A DNA stretch of 64,000 nt from Octopus vulgaris. Taxonomy: Eukaryota. The stretch is taken from assembly GCA_951406725.2 (NCBI GenBank), contig OX597842.1, forward strand, positions 15,252,001 through 15,316,000, in the 5' to 3' direction. The notes below the pieces were generated by a model, which saw only the letters and a list, made by a program, of their open reading frames with translations, was not told the origin of the DNA and did not search any database. The position numbers and the translations under genes were made by a program. Positions 14,103 through 26,270 of the stretch are shown here, piece after piece (within the stretch, counting starts at the first letter, position 1; every line of letters begins with the position of its first letter).

Positions 14103-14388
14103 TCTTACAATATACTGTGACTGGTTGCTGAAACAGCTGCTCAGCCACTCAAATGTGGAAGTGTTATATCTCGACGTTGCAAAGGCCGATAAATGTTGAT
14201 AAAGTTTTATCATGGAACGACACGTCACAAACTGCGTGACCTTGGCATAGTTGGAAAATTGTGAGAATGGCTTCATGACTTTCTGAAGTATAGAAGTCAG
14301 GTGGTAGTAGCCAATGGGGCCTGTGTGCCTGCAATGTGAGCTGGGGACAAAATATAGAAGGGGGCTGAAAAGAGTAGCATGCAGTTCA
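14100..14388 (+). mobile_element. LINE family A short RT fragment with internal deletion
   Basis: Same start as 4749; the YADD segment is deleted. Confidence 0.8.
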
Positions 14389-14472
14389 TTACTAAAATTT
14401 GCTTTATAGAGACATAAACAAACCAGCACCATGTCAGGCTGCAATCGTAGGACAAGGACACACATAAACATG

Positions 14473-14474
14473 AA

Positions 14475-14565
<91 letters not shown>

Positions 14566-14605
14566 AAACACACACACATATAAACACACACACACATACA
14601 CAAAC

Positions 14606-14650
<45 letters not shown>

Positions 14651-14660
14651 CACACACACA
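14473..14660. repeat. (CA)n microsatellite
   Basis: Directly visible. Confidence 0.95.
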
Positions 14661-15348
14661 AACCTTCCAACGTTTAAGTAATGCAAACGATAGGCCGTCA
14701 AAATTAATTTATATTTTAGGCAGATAAACTTAATTATAAAATAGTGTTAAGGGAGGTAACTCTCAAATATAAGTCATGTTATTGACGTAAAATATCCCTG
14801 TTTAAGTTAGTGTATATTTTTTTGCGTGTGTGCTTTTTTGTTCGGTGTGTTCAAACGCTTCTATCCTTGAATCTGTTTGTATATGCGGGTTTCTATGTGT
14901 GTATGTGTATATGTATGTGTGTGTGTGGGTGGGTGGGTGTGTTTGCGAGAGAGGGAGAGGGAGGGGGAGAGGAAAGCATGGGAGGTTGGAGTAATGCAGT
15001 AATAAGCTCTATAGAACATCCTTACATCGAATCTTTTAACAGTTTGCTCTTTACCCTGGATTTCCTTCATTCATTGGATTGTGGCCATGCTGGGGCACTG
15101 CTTTCAAGAGTTTCTGACGGGTTAACTGGACCTATTTATTTATTTATTTGTAATTTCTACTTATTCTTCCGTCTTGTAATGTTTAAGTTGCTTTATATAG
15201 ACATAAACAAAGCAACACCGTGTCAGGCTGCAATCGTAGGATAAGGACACGCATAAACATGAACACACACACACCTAGAGACTTCACAAGCTCCTAAATA
15301 AATAGAACTGTATGTTTTAACGCCCATCTCCAACCTAAGTTTTTTCTT

Positions 15349-16048
15349 CATGTTTACACTCGATGTAGGGAGTTTAAATGTTTACATCCTGTCATCGAAT
15401 TGGAAATAAGGGATTTTCCTCAATGACCTCGTGTCACTTAATTTGGATGTGTTAGTAGTTAAAGAAACCTGGCTGAGTGGACTGACAAGCAATTCTCCCC
15501 CCCCCCCTAAACTGTACGAGAAATTTATTTCTCCTGGTCACCCAGAATGTGAAGAGGGGCGGTCGTAGTTCTGCTCAAGAAAAACTGGATTTAGCATCAA
15601 GAGTAATCTTTATTAATCCGGGGGTGGGAGTAGCCTGGCCGTCTTTGATGTAACCCTCATCATTGATAAGTCTTTCAGGCTGGGGGCTGTTTATGAACTC
15701 CGACGGCCGGACAGTTAGACAATTTTCTAGGCTAGAGAATTTTCTAGGAACGTATAGTGGATTGCGTTTGCTCGAATGCGGATAGGAGAAACACCTACCG
15801 CTTCGATCTGCTTAAGCGTTTTTTGCTGGCAAATCTGTATATACTGGAACACCCAGACGCTCCAATGTGGACATGGATGAATAGCGATGGGTCTTCTAGA
15901 TCTTATATGGACAGGCTATTTCTTAGATGTATAGATAAAGATGTATTTGTGCGTGCACAATTTCACTACGTCAACTACAGTGATCAGAAGCCTGTGACCA
16001 TTAAGTTTGACCTCGAAAGGTTACATAGGTAAGCTTCCGGCTTCTAGA
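15349..16048 (+). mobile_element. L1/Tx1-type AP-endonuclease fragment
   Basis: Paralog of 6043-6725 (MWTWMNSDGSSRSYMDR). Confidence 0.72.
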
Positions 16049-16772
16049 AGCTCCTTAGTTACCTTGGATTTCTTTCGTTCATTGGATTGTGGCCATGCTG
16101 GGGCTCCGCCTGGAAGAATTTTCGTCGCTTTAACTGGACCTATATATTTATTTATTTACTTGTAATCTGTTCTTATGCTTCCGACCTGTAACGCTAAACG
16201 TTGCTTTATAGTGACATAAACAAAGTAACAACGTGTCAGGTTGCGATCAGATGACAAGCAAACACACAAAATATCTCACTAACGCATGCACACACATACA
16301 TACATACACGCAAAAACAGCCACACAAACACACATACACACACCCTTAATACATATACGCATTCAGATATGCGTGTACATGTAAATATTCACCCATGCTT
16401 GCGTATATTCATACATACATACATACATACATACATACATACATACATACATACATACATACATACATACACACATATATATACATATATAGACATACAT
16501 TTATATATAATCACATATATACATACATGCATGCATGCATGCATACATACACATATACATACATAAACACATACATATATGCATACATACATACATACAT
16601 ATATACATACATACATGCATGCATGCAAATATACATACATGTATACATATATGCTTGCATACATACACATATACATACATGCATGCATGCATACATATAT
16701 ACATACATACATACATACATATATATACACATATTCATGCATATATATATATGTATGCATGTGTATGTAAGT

Positions 16773-17034
16773 GAAGGCGCATGGCTTAGTGGTTAGGGCA
16801 TTCGGCTGACGATTGTAAGGTTGTGAGTTCGATTCCCGGTGAGGTGTTGTGTCCTTGAGCAAGACACTTTATTTCCCGTTGCTCCTGTACACTCAGCTGG
16901 CAAAAATGGGTTGTACCTGTATGTCAAAGGGCCGGCCTTGTCACACTCTGTGTCACGCTGAATCTCCCTGAGAACTACGTTAAGTGTACTCGTGTCTGTG
17001 GATTGCTCAGTCACTTGCACGTTAATTCCACGAG
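16773..17034 (+). mobile_element. tRNA-derived SINE (second family, single copy here)
   Basis: A box tggcttagtgg, B box gagttcgattc, shared ttgagcaagacactttattt core, different 3' half. Confidence 0.85.
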
Positions 17035-17254
17035 GGTACATATCCGGGAATATTTGTTAATGGATAACCGGCAGTCACCCATGCATAACAGCATAGCCTC
17101 TCTGTGCCAACAATGTTATCCAATGGCAAGTCAAAGACAGATGCAGCTTCGGCCCAGGGATGTCACAACTCATTTCAACAGTTGAGTGAACTGGAGTAAA
17201 GTGAAATAAAGTGTCTTGCTCACTAACTTCAACACACAGCCGTTCCATGAATCG
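17035..17254 (-). mobile_element. Internal fragment of the ~335 bp tRNA SINE
   Basis: Reverse complement of ~9476-9700. Confidence 0.75.
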
Positions 17255-17570
17255 ACAATGTTCGCAAAAGTAGGAGCTACCCTCATCCCTATCACCGTGC
17301 CCGATTTTTGTCTATAATTGTCCTCGTTTAAGTTGAAGAAGGTGTTATGTAGGATGGATTTTGTTCCTTCAACAATGAATTCCTTTCTTATTCGGTCATT
17401 TGGGAAATTTTCCTGCCAGGATTCTACAGCCATTATTCCGAAATCGTGAGGAATCGATGTGTAGAGGTTTATTATATCGAATGAAACCAGAAAGGAGTCC
17501 TTACGGGAGATAGTTTAAAAAGTTCAGATCATCCCTTATAAAACTCGGTATATGTTTCACATTCCAAAAA
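17255..17570 (-). mobile_element. Penelope-like element (PLE) reverse transcriptase fragment
   Basis: Minus-strand translation gives KHIPSFIRDDLNFL, then after a frameshift LVSFDIINLYTSIPHDFG...NYRQKSGTVIGMRVAPTFANI. This matches PLE RT motifs (SFD..LYT.IP; Y.Q..G..MG...AP..ANI). Confidence 0.82.
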
Positions 17571-17687
17571 GTGTATCCTTCAATTTTGTAAAGAAAAATA
17601 TTTCAAATTTCTGTGCAATTGGCTCTAATTTCTATTACCATATACGGTCGCATACAAAACGTGCGAAACTGGGCCGTAATCTGTCAA

Positions 17688-17774
<87 letters not shown>

Positions 17775-17828
17775 TATGTCTGTCCCCACAGCATCGCTAA
17801 TATAATTATATATATATATATACATGTA

Positions 17829-17991
17829 GGCGCAGGAGTGGCTGTGTGGTAAGTAGCTTGCTAACCAACCACATGGTTCAGAGTTCAGTCCCACTGCGTG
17901 GCATTTTGGGCAAGTGTCTTCTGCTATAGCCCCGGGCCGACTAATGCCTTGTGAGTGGATTTGGTAGACGGAAAATGAAAGAAGCCTGTCG
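17829..17991 (+). mobile_element. 5' tRNA-related part of Octopus OK/OR-type SINE (partials at 12918-12990, 23281-23420 on +; 40997-41040, 49259-49337 on -)
   Basis: ggcgcaggagtggctgtgtggtaag...gttcagtcccactgcgtggca...gggcaagtgtcttct; A-like and B-like boxes. Confidence 0.82.
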
Positions 17992-17993
17992 TA

Positions 17994-18058
<65 letters not shown>

Positions 18059-18720
18059 GTATGTATATGCATATATACATATATATATATATATTGGACA
18101 GATTTCCATGCAGTTTCCATGCATAAATATGTATGTATGAATGTATGTATGTATGTATGTGTGCATGTATGTATGTATGCATGCATGTGCGAACGTATGT
18201 ATGCATATATGTAGGTCTGTTTGCATGCATATATGTATATGTATGCGTGTATGTATGTATGCAAGCATGCATGTATATATATATGTATGTATATATGTAT
18301 ATATGTGTGTATATGTATATATGTATAAATGTATGTATGAATATACGCAAGCATGGATGAATATTTGCAAGTGCATTCATATCTGAATTCTTAAATGTAT
18401 TAAGGGTGTGTGTATGTGTGTTTGTGTGGCTGTTTTGAGTTTTTGTGTGTATGTATGTGTGTGTGTGTGTGTGTGTGTGCATGCGTTAGTGAGATATTGT
18501 GTGTGTATGCTTGTCATCTGATCGCAACCTGACACGTTGTTACTTTGTTTACGTCACTATAAATAAACTTTTACCGTTACAGGTCGGAAGCATAAGAACA
18601 GATTACAAATAAATAAATAAATATATAGGTCCAGTTAAACCGACGAAAATTGTTCAAGCCGGAGCCGTAGCATGGCCACAATTCAATGAACGAAAGAAAT
18701 CCAAGGTTACTAAGGAGCTT

Positions 18721-19390
18721 CTAGAAGCCTGAAGCTTGCCTATGTAACCTTTCGAGGTCAAACTTAATGGTCACAGGCTTCTGATCACTGTAGTTAACGT
18801 AGTGAAATTGTGCACGCACAAATACATCTTTAACTATACATCTAAGAAATAGCCTGTCCATATAAGATCTAGAAGACCCATCGCTATTCATCCATGTCCA
18901 CAGTGGAGCGTCTGGGTGTTCTAGTATATACAGATTTAACCAGCAAAAAACGCTTAAGCAGATCGAAGAGATACGTGTTTCTCCTCCTATCCTATTCGAG
19001 CAAACACAATCCACTAAGGAGTGTGACGTTCCTAGAAAATTCTCTAGCCTAGAAAATTGTCTAACTGTCCGGCCGTCGGAGTTCATAAACAGCCACCAGC
19101 CTGGAAGACTTATCAATGATGAGGTTTACATCAAATACGACCAGGCTACTCCCACCCCCGGATCAATAAAGATTACTCTTGTCGCTGAATCGAATTTTAG
19201 ACCACCCCTCCTCACATTTCTCGTAGCAATTTAGGAGAGGAGAAATGCTTGTCACTCCACTCAGCCAGGTTTCTCTAACTACTACCACATCCAAATTAAG
19301 CGACACGAGGTCATTGAGGAAAAGCCCTTATTTCCAATTCGATGACAGAATGCAAACATTAAAAGACTCAACGTTGAGAGTAAACATGAA
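18721..19390 (-). mobile_element. L1/Tx1-type AP-endonuclease fragment (inverted paralog of 15349-16048)
   Basis: LWTWMNSDGSSRSYMDR on the minus strand. Confidence 0.72.
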
Positions 19391-19489
19391 AAAAATAATT
19401 TGGTCAACCTTAGGTTGGAGATGGGCGTTCACCCCTCCCCTTCCATTTATTTCGGAGCTTGTGAAGTCTCTGGGTGTGGGTGTGTGTGT

Positions 19490-19533
<44 letters not shown>

Positions 19534-19905
19534 ACGTTCATGTGTGTTCTTATCCTACGATTGCAGCTTGACACGGTGTTGTTTTGTTTATGTCTCTATA
19601 AAGCAACGTTGAGCGATCCAGGACGAAAGAAATTAATTAGAAATTAATAAATTAATTAGAAATTAATTAGAAATAAATTAATTAGAAATTAATAAATAAA
19701 CATGTCCAGTTAATCCGTCAGAAACTCTTGAAGGCGGTGCTCCAGCATGGCCACTATCCAATGAATGAAAAAAATCGAAGGGACTGAGCAAACTGCTAAA
19801 ACCTTTGATTTAAGGATGTTCTAGAGAGCTTAGTACTGAATAACTCAAACCTCCCATGCTTCACTCTCTCCCTCCCTCTCCCTCTCTCACAAACACACAC
19901 ACCCA

Positions 19906-19948
<43 letters not shown>

Positions 19949-20418
19949 ACACACATACAAACCCATACACAAATATACACAGGGAAAGAAGCACAGGCAC
20001 ACAGAATAAAAGCACACACGCAGAAATATACGCTAACGTTAATAGGCATATTTTACCTCAAGGGAGGCTACTCTCTATTATATGACCTGTAATTGTGAGT
20101 TACCTCCCTTAACACTATTTTATAATTCCTTTTAAATGCGCTGAATATAAACTATTTTTTACGGCCAATCGTTTCCATTTTTTAAACATCGGAACGCAGC
20201 CATGCTGGAGCACTGCATTGAAGTGTTTAGTCCACCACACAGCGAGTAGTGCTTCTCTTTCTTCAGATCGCTGCTTATTTGTTTGGTCTCTCTTCATATA
20301 GCAGCTACGTTACAGGGATGTAAACAAAAACAGTCGATGTCAAGTGGTGAATATTGGACAAACTGAAACATATATGGCTATATATGTATAAGTGTGTGTG
20401 TGTGTATATATATATATA

Positions 20419-20727
20419 TCACGTGATCACGTGACCGACCAGGCTATCAGATGTTGCTTCACATCGCTGGTCACAATGCACTTCGCATTGTTTTAGCCTT
20501 CAAATGACGCCACCCCGATGGCTAAGCAAGCAGGCCAACAGACGAAAGAGTGGGAGAAAGTTGTGGCGAAAGAGTACAGCAGGGATCACCACCAGCCCCT
20601 GTCGGAGCCTAGTGGACCTATAGGTGTTTTCGAACACCATACACTCACAACGCTCGGTCTGGGAATCGAAAACGCGATACTACGACCGCGTGTCCGCTGC
20701 CCGAACCACTCGGCCATTGCGCCTCCA
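20419..20727 (-). mobile_element. tRNA-derived SINE, third family (3' fragment also at 61229-61348)
   Basis: Minus strand starts tggaggcgcaatggccgagtggtt (A box) and has ttcgattccc (B box); it sits in (TA)n and is absent from paralogous sites. Confidence 0.85.
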
Positions 20728-20772
20728 TTTATATATGTATATTTATTCATTTACATATATATATATATATAT

Positions 20773-21511
20773 ATTTATAAAAATATGGTAAAGTAAAAAA
20801 ATTCACTTTACCACACACCGAACTTTTCAGAAATAGCAGCCAAAAATATGGCTATTTCTTCAACTGCAAATAAAAGTCTCCAGACAATGCATACTCAAAT
20901 AAAAGTCTCCAGACATTAACAATTAATTAATTCTACCCCCTTTTTTGATGACAATATAATGCTTTTCTCTCCAAGAATTTAAACTGCAGTTTTTACCTCT
21001 GTAGAAATGTAATGCTCTATGACTCACATGGGTGGACAGGGAGAATAATAGATCTCATTCGTATTTTTGGATTCGCTAGTACTGGGTGTCTGGCATGGTT
21101 TGTCCGATGTTACAGATATCGGACGGGTATGTTTGATTCTTAGTATTTTCAAATCTAAATCAGAAGAAATCTCTGAGCTGATGAAGGAAAAGTGGCGTTT
21201 TACCCACAAATCCAGAAACAGACTGTCCTCGGGTATCGTATATGGATGTGATCTTTCATTGTTTTTCCCTTATACCTATGTGAGTTATTTTCTGAGTATG
21301 CATTGTCTGGAGACTTTTATTTGCAGTTGAAGAAATAGCCATATGTTTGGCTGCTATTTCTGAAAAGTTCGGTGTGTGGTAAAGTGAATTTTTTTACTTT
21401 ACCATATTTTTATAAATTAATACTTCAAATACACCGTAAATGGTCTTTACATACCGAATACTGCTTGGTCGAATTTATTAACAATTAATTAATTCTACCC
21501 CCTTTTTTGAT

Positions 21512-21514
<3 letters not shown>
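20773..21514 (+). mobile_element. Non-coding hammerhead-containing retrozyme-like or PLE pLTR-like insertion
   Basis: 125 bp inverted repeat (20773-20897 / 21293-21417), 38 bp direct repeat (20915-20952 / 21477-21514), internal hammerhead core, (TA)n on both sides. Confidence 0.75.
21172..21233 (+). ncRNA. Type I hammerhead ribozyme motif (minimal, PLE-like)
   Basis: Stem I tctgag/ctcggg; CUGAUGA at 21178-21184; stem II gga/tcc plus gtgg/ccac; GAAAC at 21215-21219; quasi-palindromic stem III ACAG-A-CTGT; GUC at 21225-21227. The base of stem II has a non-canonical A/A. Confidence 0.72.
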
Positions 21515-21545
<31 letters not shown>

Positions 21546-21887
21546 AGACATGGAGGAGATTTATCCCACCCCTCCTACTTTTTTCGTGAAATACGTAGTA
21601 AAATTTGGAGATAATGATTCTAAATAAAGTCATTGTTTGTAAAATGCCATTTATTGAAAATAAAATTAAATAAATCTCGCCTCCAGATTCTACGGTTTTC
21701 AACCAGACTATCTACATGCTAGAAATAGAAGCCATTCCTCGCGCAAAATTCTTTCGGCACATAATTACAGTCTCTGTATCGAATGCTTTGCATTTTACCC
21801 CATGGGGCCACCGAGTCACTTCGTTACTATCATCTATCTCTTGTAGTTCCTACTCTTCGTTTTCTCTTCCTCTCTGCTTCCGCAATG

Positions 21888-22222
21888 TGAAAGTACATGG
21901 CTCAGTGGTGAGATCGTCAGGCTCACACTCTCGAGATAGTGAGATCGATTCATGGAACGGGCTGTTTGTCGAAGTTCTTGAGCAAGACACTTTATTTCAC
22001 GTTACTCCAGTTCACTCAGCTATTGAAATGATTTGTGACATCACTGAGGCGATGCAGTATCAGGTTTTGACTTGTCCTTGGATAACTTTGTTGGCATGGA
22101 GAGGGTATTCTGTTATGCATGGGTGACTGCCGGTCATCCATAAACGAACTTGTCCGGATACGTACCTTGGTGGGGAACTCTCTAGGTGCAATCTCCTGGT
22201 CATTCATTACCAAAGAGGATCT
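21888..22222 (+). mobile_element. tRNA-derived SINE (~335 bp family)
   Basis: Paralog of 9421-9755 with the same upstream flank. Confidence 0.82.
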
Positions 22223-22306
22223 ACAAAAACATGCACTACCGTACCTCCTTCTCCTAAATCTTTCACTTATCCACTAGCATGAAACTGACCCCACCCCTCC
22301 AACAGG

Positions 22307-23277
22307 ATGGCATGTTTGGAGTCATTGACACTATGCCGTGGCGCCCAGTTCTGGTACTTCTGTAACTCTGGATACTAAAGTTTTTGATAAGTCCTTCCAG
22401 GATCATTCAAGATGTATATTATGGCATATCTTTCTCACCTACACTCTAAGGAATAGTGTCTTAATCTCTTGAGTCTTTTCCAATAGCATATATACTGCAT
22501 AGAGGCTACCTTTTTCGTGTAGCTTCGTTGTATTGTCTCACGTTCTGCGATTAATTTGACACTGGTTGGTGACCATAGCCGAGAGCAATTGTCAAAGTGG
22601 CTTAGGACAAGTGTCCTCTAGAAGACCATCATGGTTTCATGGTTTCTTGTTCTAAACGTTCTAAGAATCCATCCAGTCAGCCGCCTACATTTCATTGCCA
22701 ATTTATCAACATGCACATGAAAGGTTGCATCATTACTGATGTAAATGCCCAGGTCTCGCACTGATTGTGCCTCTGGGATTGCAATCCCTCCAGGTCTAAT
22801 GTATTTACTGGGTATTGCATTCAGTTTTGCATGCTGATAGCATAAAGCTTGTAACTTTTCAGCATTGAACTGCATGCTATTCTTTTCGGCCCATTTGGTA
22901 TATTTCATCCAGCTCACATTGTAGGTGCATAGCGTCTTTAGGGTTCTGTATTACATGTGAAACTTTTGTATCATCTGCATAACCTGTGATCGTGGCTCTC
23001 TGTGTGGCTGAGGGCATGTCTGAGAGGGCAATTATGAAAGTAGTTGTCCGAAAATAGTGCTTTGCGAAATAGTGCTCACTATTTGCGAGTCATTTGACTT
23101 CTATCCTTCAGAAATTCATTCTCCCTATTTTCCAACCATGCCAAGATGACGCACATTGTGACATATCATTCCATGATAAAACTTTATCAACAGCCTTTGC
23201 AACGCCGAGATATAACACTTCCACATTTGAGTGGTTGAGCAGCTGTTTCAGCAACCAGTCACAGTATTGTAAGAATG
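22307..23277 (-). mobile_element. LINE family A RT fragment (less decayed lineage)
   Basis: KWAEKNSMQFNAEK...RDLGIYIS...WILRTFRTR; closest to 61388-62720. Confidence 0.88.
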
Positions 23278-23422
23278 TATTAGCTTGCTAACGAACCCCA
23301 GTGTTCCATGTTCGGTCCCACTGCGTGGCAACTTGGGCATGTGTCTTCTACTATAGCCTCAGGCCGACCAAAGACGGGTCAGTGGATTTGGAAAACGGAA
23401 ACTAAAAGAAGCCTATCGTATG

Positions 23423-23462
<40 letters not shown>

Positions 23463-23489
23463 GAGAGAGAGAGAGAGAGAGAGAAGATA

Positions 23490-23490
23490 A

Positions 23491-23526
<36 letters not shown>

Positions 23527-23534
23527 ATAGATAC

Positions 23535-23623
<89 letters not shown>

Positions 23624-23625
23624 GG
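23490..23625. repeat. (GATA)n microsatellite
   Basis: Directly visible. Confidence 0.95.
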
Positions 23626-23630
23626 GAGAT

Positions 23631-25160
23631 ATGTTTCTTTATTAGCCACACAGGGCTGCACACAGACAGGACAAAATTACAAGGTAGAGCTTATCTTTTG
23701 GGGTAAAAGAAGGGGGTTTGGTTTTCGATCAAAAGGGATCGTAAATGGAAAGAAAGAGGACAATAAAAAGGCGGGGGGTTAAAATTAAATTTTTTTTAAA
23801 AAGGGTAGGGAAGGGAAAGGAAAACAGTTGATCAATAGGGATCGTTATCACAGAAATGTCAATATGAAGTGTAAAGGGGAGGACAGGTGAAGTTTACCCG
23901 TGGAAAGAAAAGCCTACGGAAAAGACCACGGTAACCTCGGTCAATGAGCTCACATGTTATATTTCTTTTTTTTTTGCAAATAAGCAACTCTCTGTATTAA
24001 TTTTTACGGTTCGTAGAATCATAGTAAAGGTGGCTTCCTCATTCATACGTGCCATCCTTGCTACATTCACCCATCTTTTTTTTAAACATTCACTAGACAA
24101 AACTCGCCTCTCTACTCTCACTTTCCTCTTCAAGTGATACTTGAAGAAGTTGATGAGAGATTGATCAGAGAGGAAAGTGTTTGTCTCTAATCCTTTCAGG
24201 CGCGTCCACCAGATACATTCTTTCGCCATAGCCACAAGTATGATAAAAATAGCTCTTCCTTCCCGTTTGAAGGAAAGAGGCGTGACGATATTAACGATAG
24301 ACTTGGCTGATAAACCGACACGTCCCACACGTGACAGCAGTCGTTCGACATAAGCCCACAGGTCGGAGGTTATTGGACACTGCACGATTGCGTGCAGAGC
24401 GGTTTCGTCGCTCTGACCGCATCTCGGGCAGGTCGGCCCCGTGTTTCTCGAGCCATGCTTATAGAGATTATCCCGAACGGGTAGCGCTTCTCGGTAGCAC
24501 CGCCAGGCCAGGGATCTCTGGAAGTTGTCCATAGGTCCCGGCCCGAAAGTCGTTTCAAACAGGCGGATCAGGTTTTCCTCGTCGACGCCTGGTTTGCTCC
24601 AAGATCGTCGTCGTACCTCCCCTCCACTAAAACCCTATTCGTTGTATTGAAGTCACTCAAGGTCGACCCGGGACGGCAGGGTTGCTTGAGAGCAACGCGA
24701 CACTCGCGGTGCCATTCGCCCTTCCTCGGCCTCTTTTGATCCACGACTGCAGTTCGGTCATGGAGACGAGCTGCGGGAACGCGTGCCTCACAAACGGCGA
24801 CCACACCTGTTCACCGTCGTCTACATAGAGCCGGAGGTGTCGCAGTCTCAGCGCGTGTCTGCGCATCATCAACCATGGCATACCCAGCCCTATTTTTAAC
24901 GGGTGTTGACAGCAAATGGATCGCCTGACCATCGGAACGCATCCTTTCCACAAGAAGCGGAAGAGAATGCGTTCTAGTTTGGTTATAGTAGGGCCGGGAC
25001 AAGGTACGACGGTCAGGCGGTAGTGGATGATGGACGCGATGTACATGTTCGCCACCTCCACCCCAACTTTTAGGGACAGTTTCCTCTCGGCCCATTGCCG
25101 GGCGAGAGTGTCCACCCTACTCGTTATCTCGTTCCAGTTCTTCTCCATTTGGAGGTCCGG
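23631..25160 (-). mobile_element. L1/Tx1-type LINE 3' portion with CCHC zinc knuckle and 3' UTR
   Basis: WAERKLSLK, FRFLWKG, GLGMP, CPRCGQSDETALHAIVQC; ends ...ctaataaagaaacat followed by (TATC)n on the element strand. Confidence 0.88.
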
Positions 25161-25504
25161 TATTCTGTTGTGCATGGGTGACTGCTGGTCATCCATAAAC
25201 AAACTTGCCCGGATATGTACCTTGGTGGGGAACTTTCTAGGTGCAATCTCCTGGTCAATCATTACAAAACAGGATCTATAAAAACATGCACTACCCTACC
25301 TCCTTCTCTTAGATCACTCCCTTATCCCCTAGCATGACACTGACCCCACCCCCACAGGACTTGTAGTTATGCGACCTGCATGGCAACCTCAATAGTCGGT
25401 TAGTATAATAAAAACAGAGACCATGCTGTGAATTGTTTGATGTTTGGAAGGGCATCTAACCACAAATAGGAGACCAAAGCAGACATTTATATATATATAT
25501 AATA

Positions 25505-25565
<61 letters not shown>

Positions 25566-25766
25566 CTTTGTGTGTCCCCACAACATCGCTTGATAACCGA
25601 TGCTGATGTGTTTACAACCCCGTTACTTAGCGTTTCGGCAAAATGAGAGCGATTGAATAAGTAATAGGCTTACAGAAAATAACTATTGCGGTCGGTTTGC
25701 CTGTCCAAATGCGGTACTCCAGCATGGCAACAGTCAAATGACTGAAACAAGTGAAGCAATAAAGAC

Positions 25767-25832
<66 letters not shown>

Positions 25833-26212
25833 TGTATGTGAAGCAAAATTGAGAGGCACAATTGTGTACGAATACCCCATAGGTATTCGATACAGAGTAT
25901 ATATGCATGTTCCAAAAAAACAGTTTGTGTGAGATTTGGCAGTTTAGGAGGGGAGAAATGCCTATCTTTCCTCTCAGCCAGGTTTCTCTAACTACTACCA
26001 CATCCAAATTATGGGACCTGAGTCATTGAGGAAAATCCCTTCTTTCCAATTCGACGTCAGGCTGCGAACTTTTAAACACCCTACGTTGAGTGTAAATATG
26101 AACAAAAAATTTGGTCTACCTTAGGTTAGAGATGGGCGTTAACCCCTAACGTTCCATTTATTTCGTAGATTGTGAAGTCTCTATGTGTGTGTGTGTGAGT
26201 GTGTGTGTGAGT

Positions 26213-26270
<58 letters not shown>

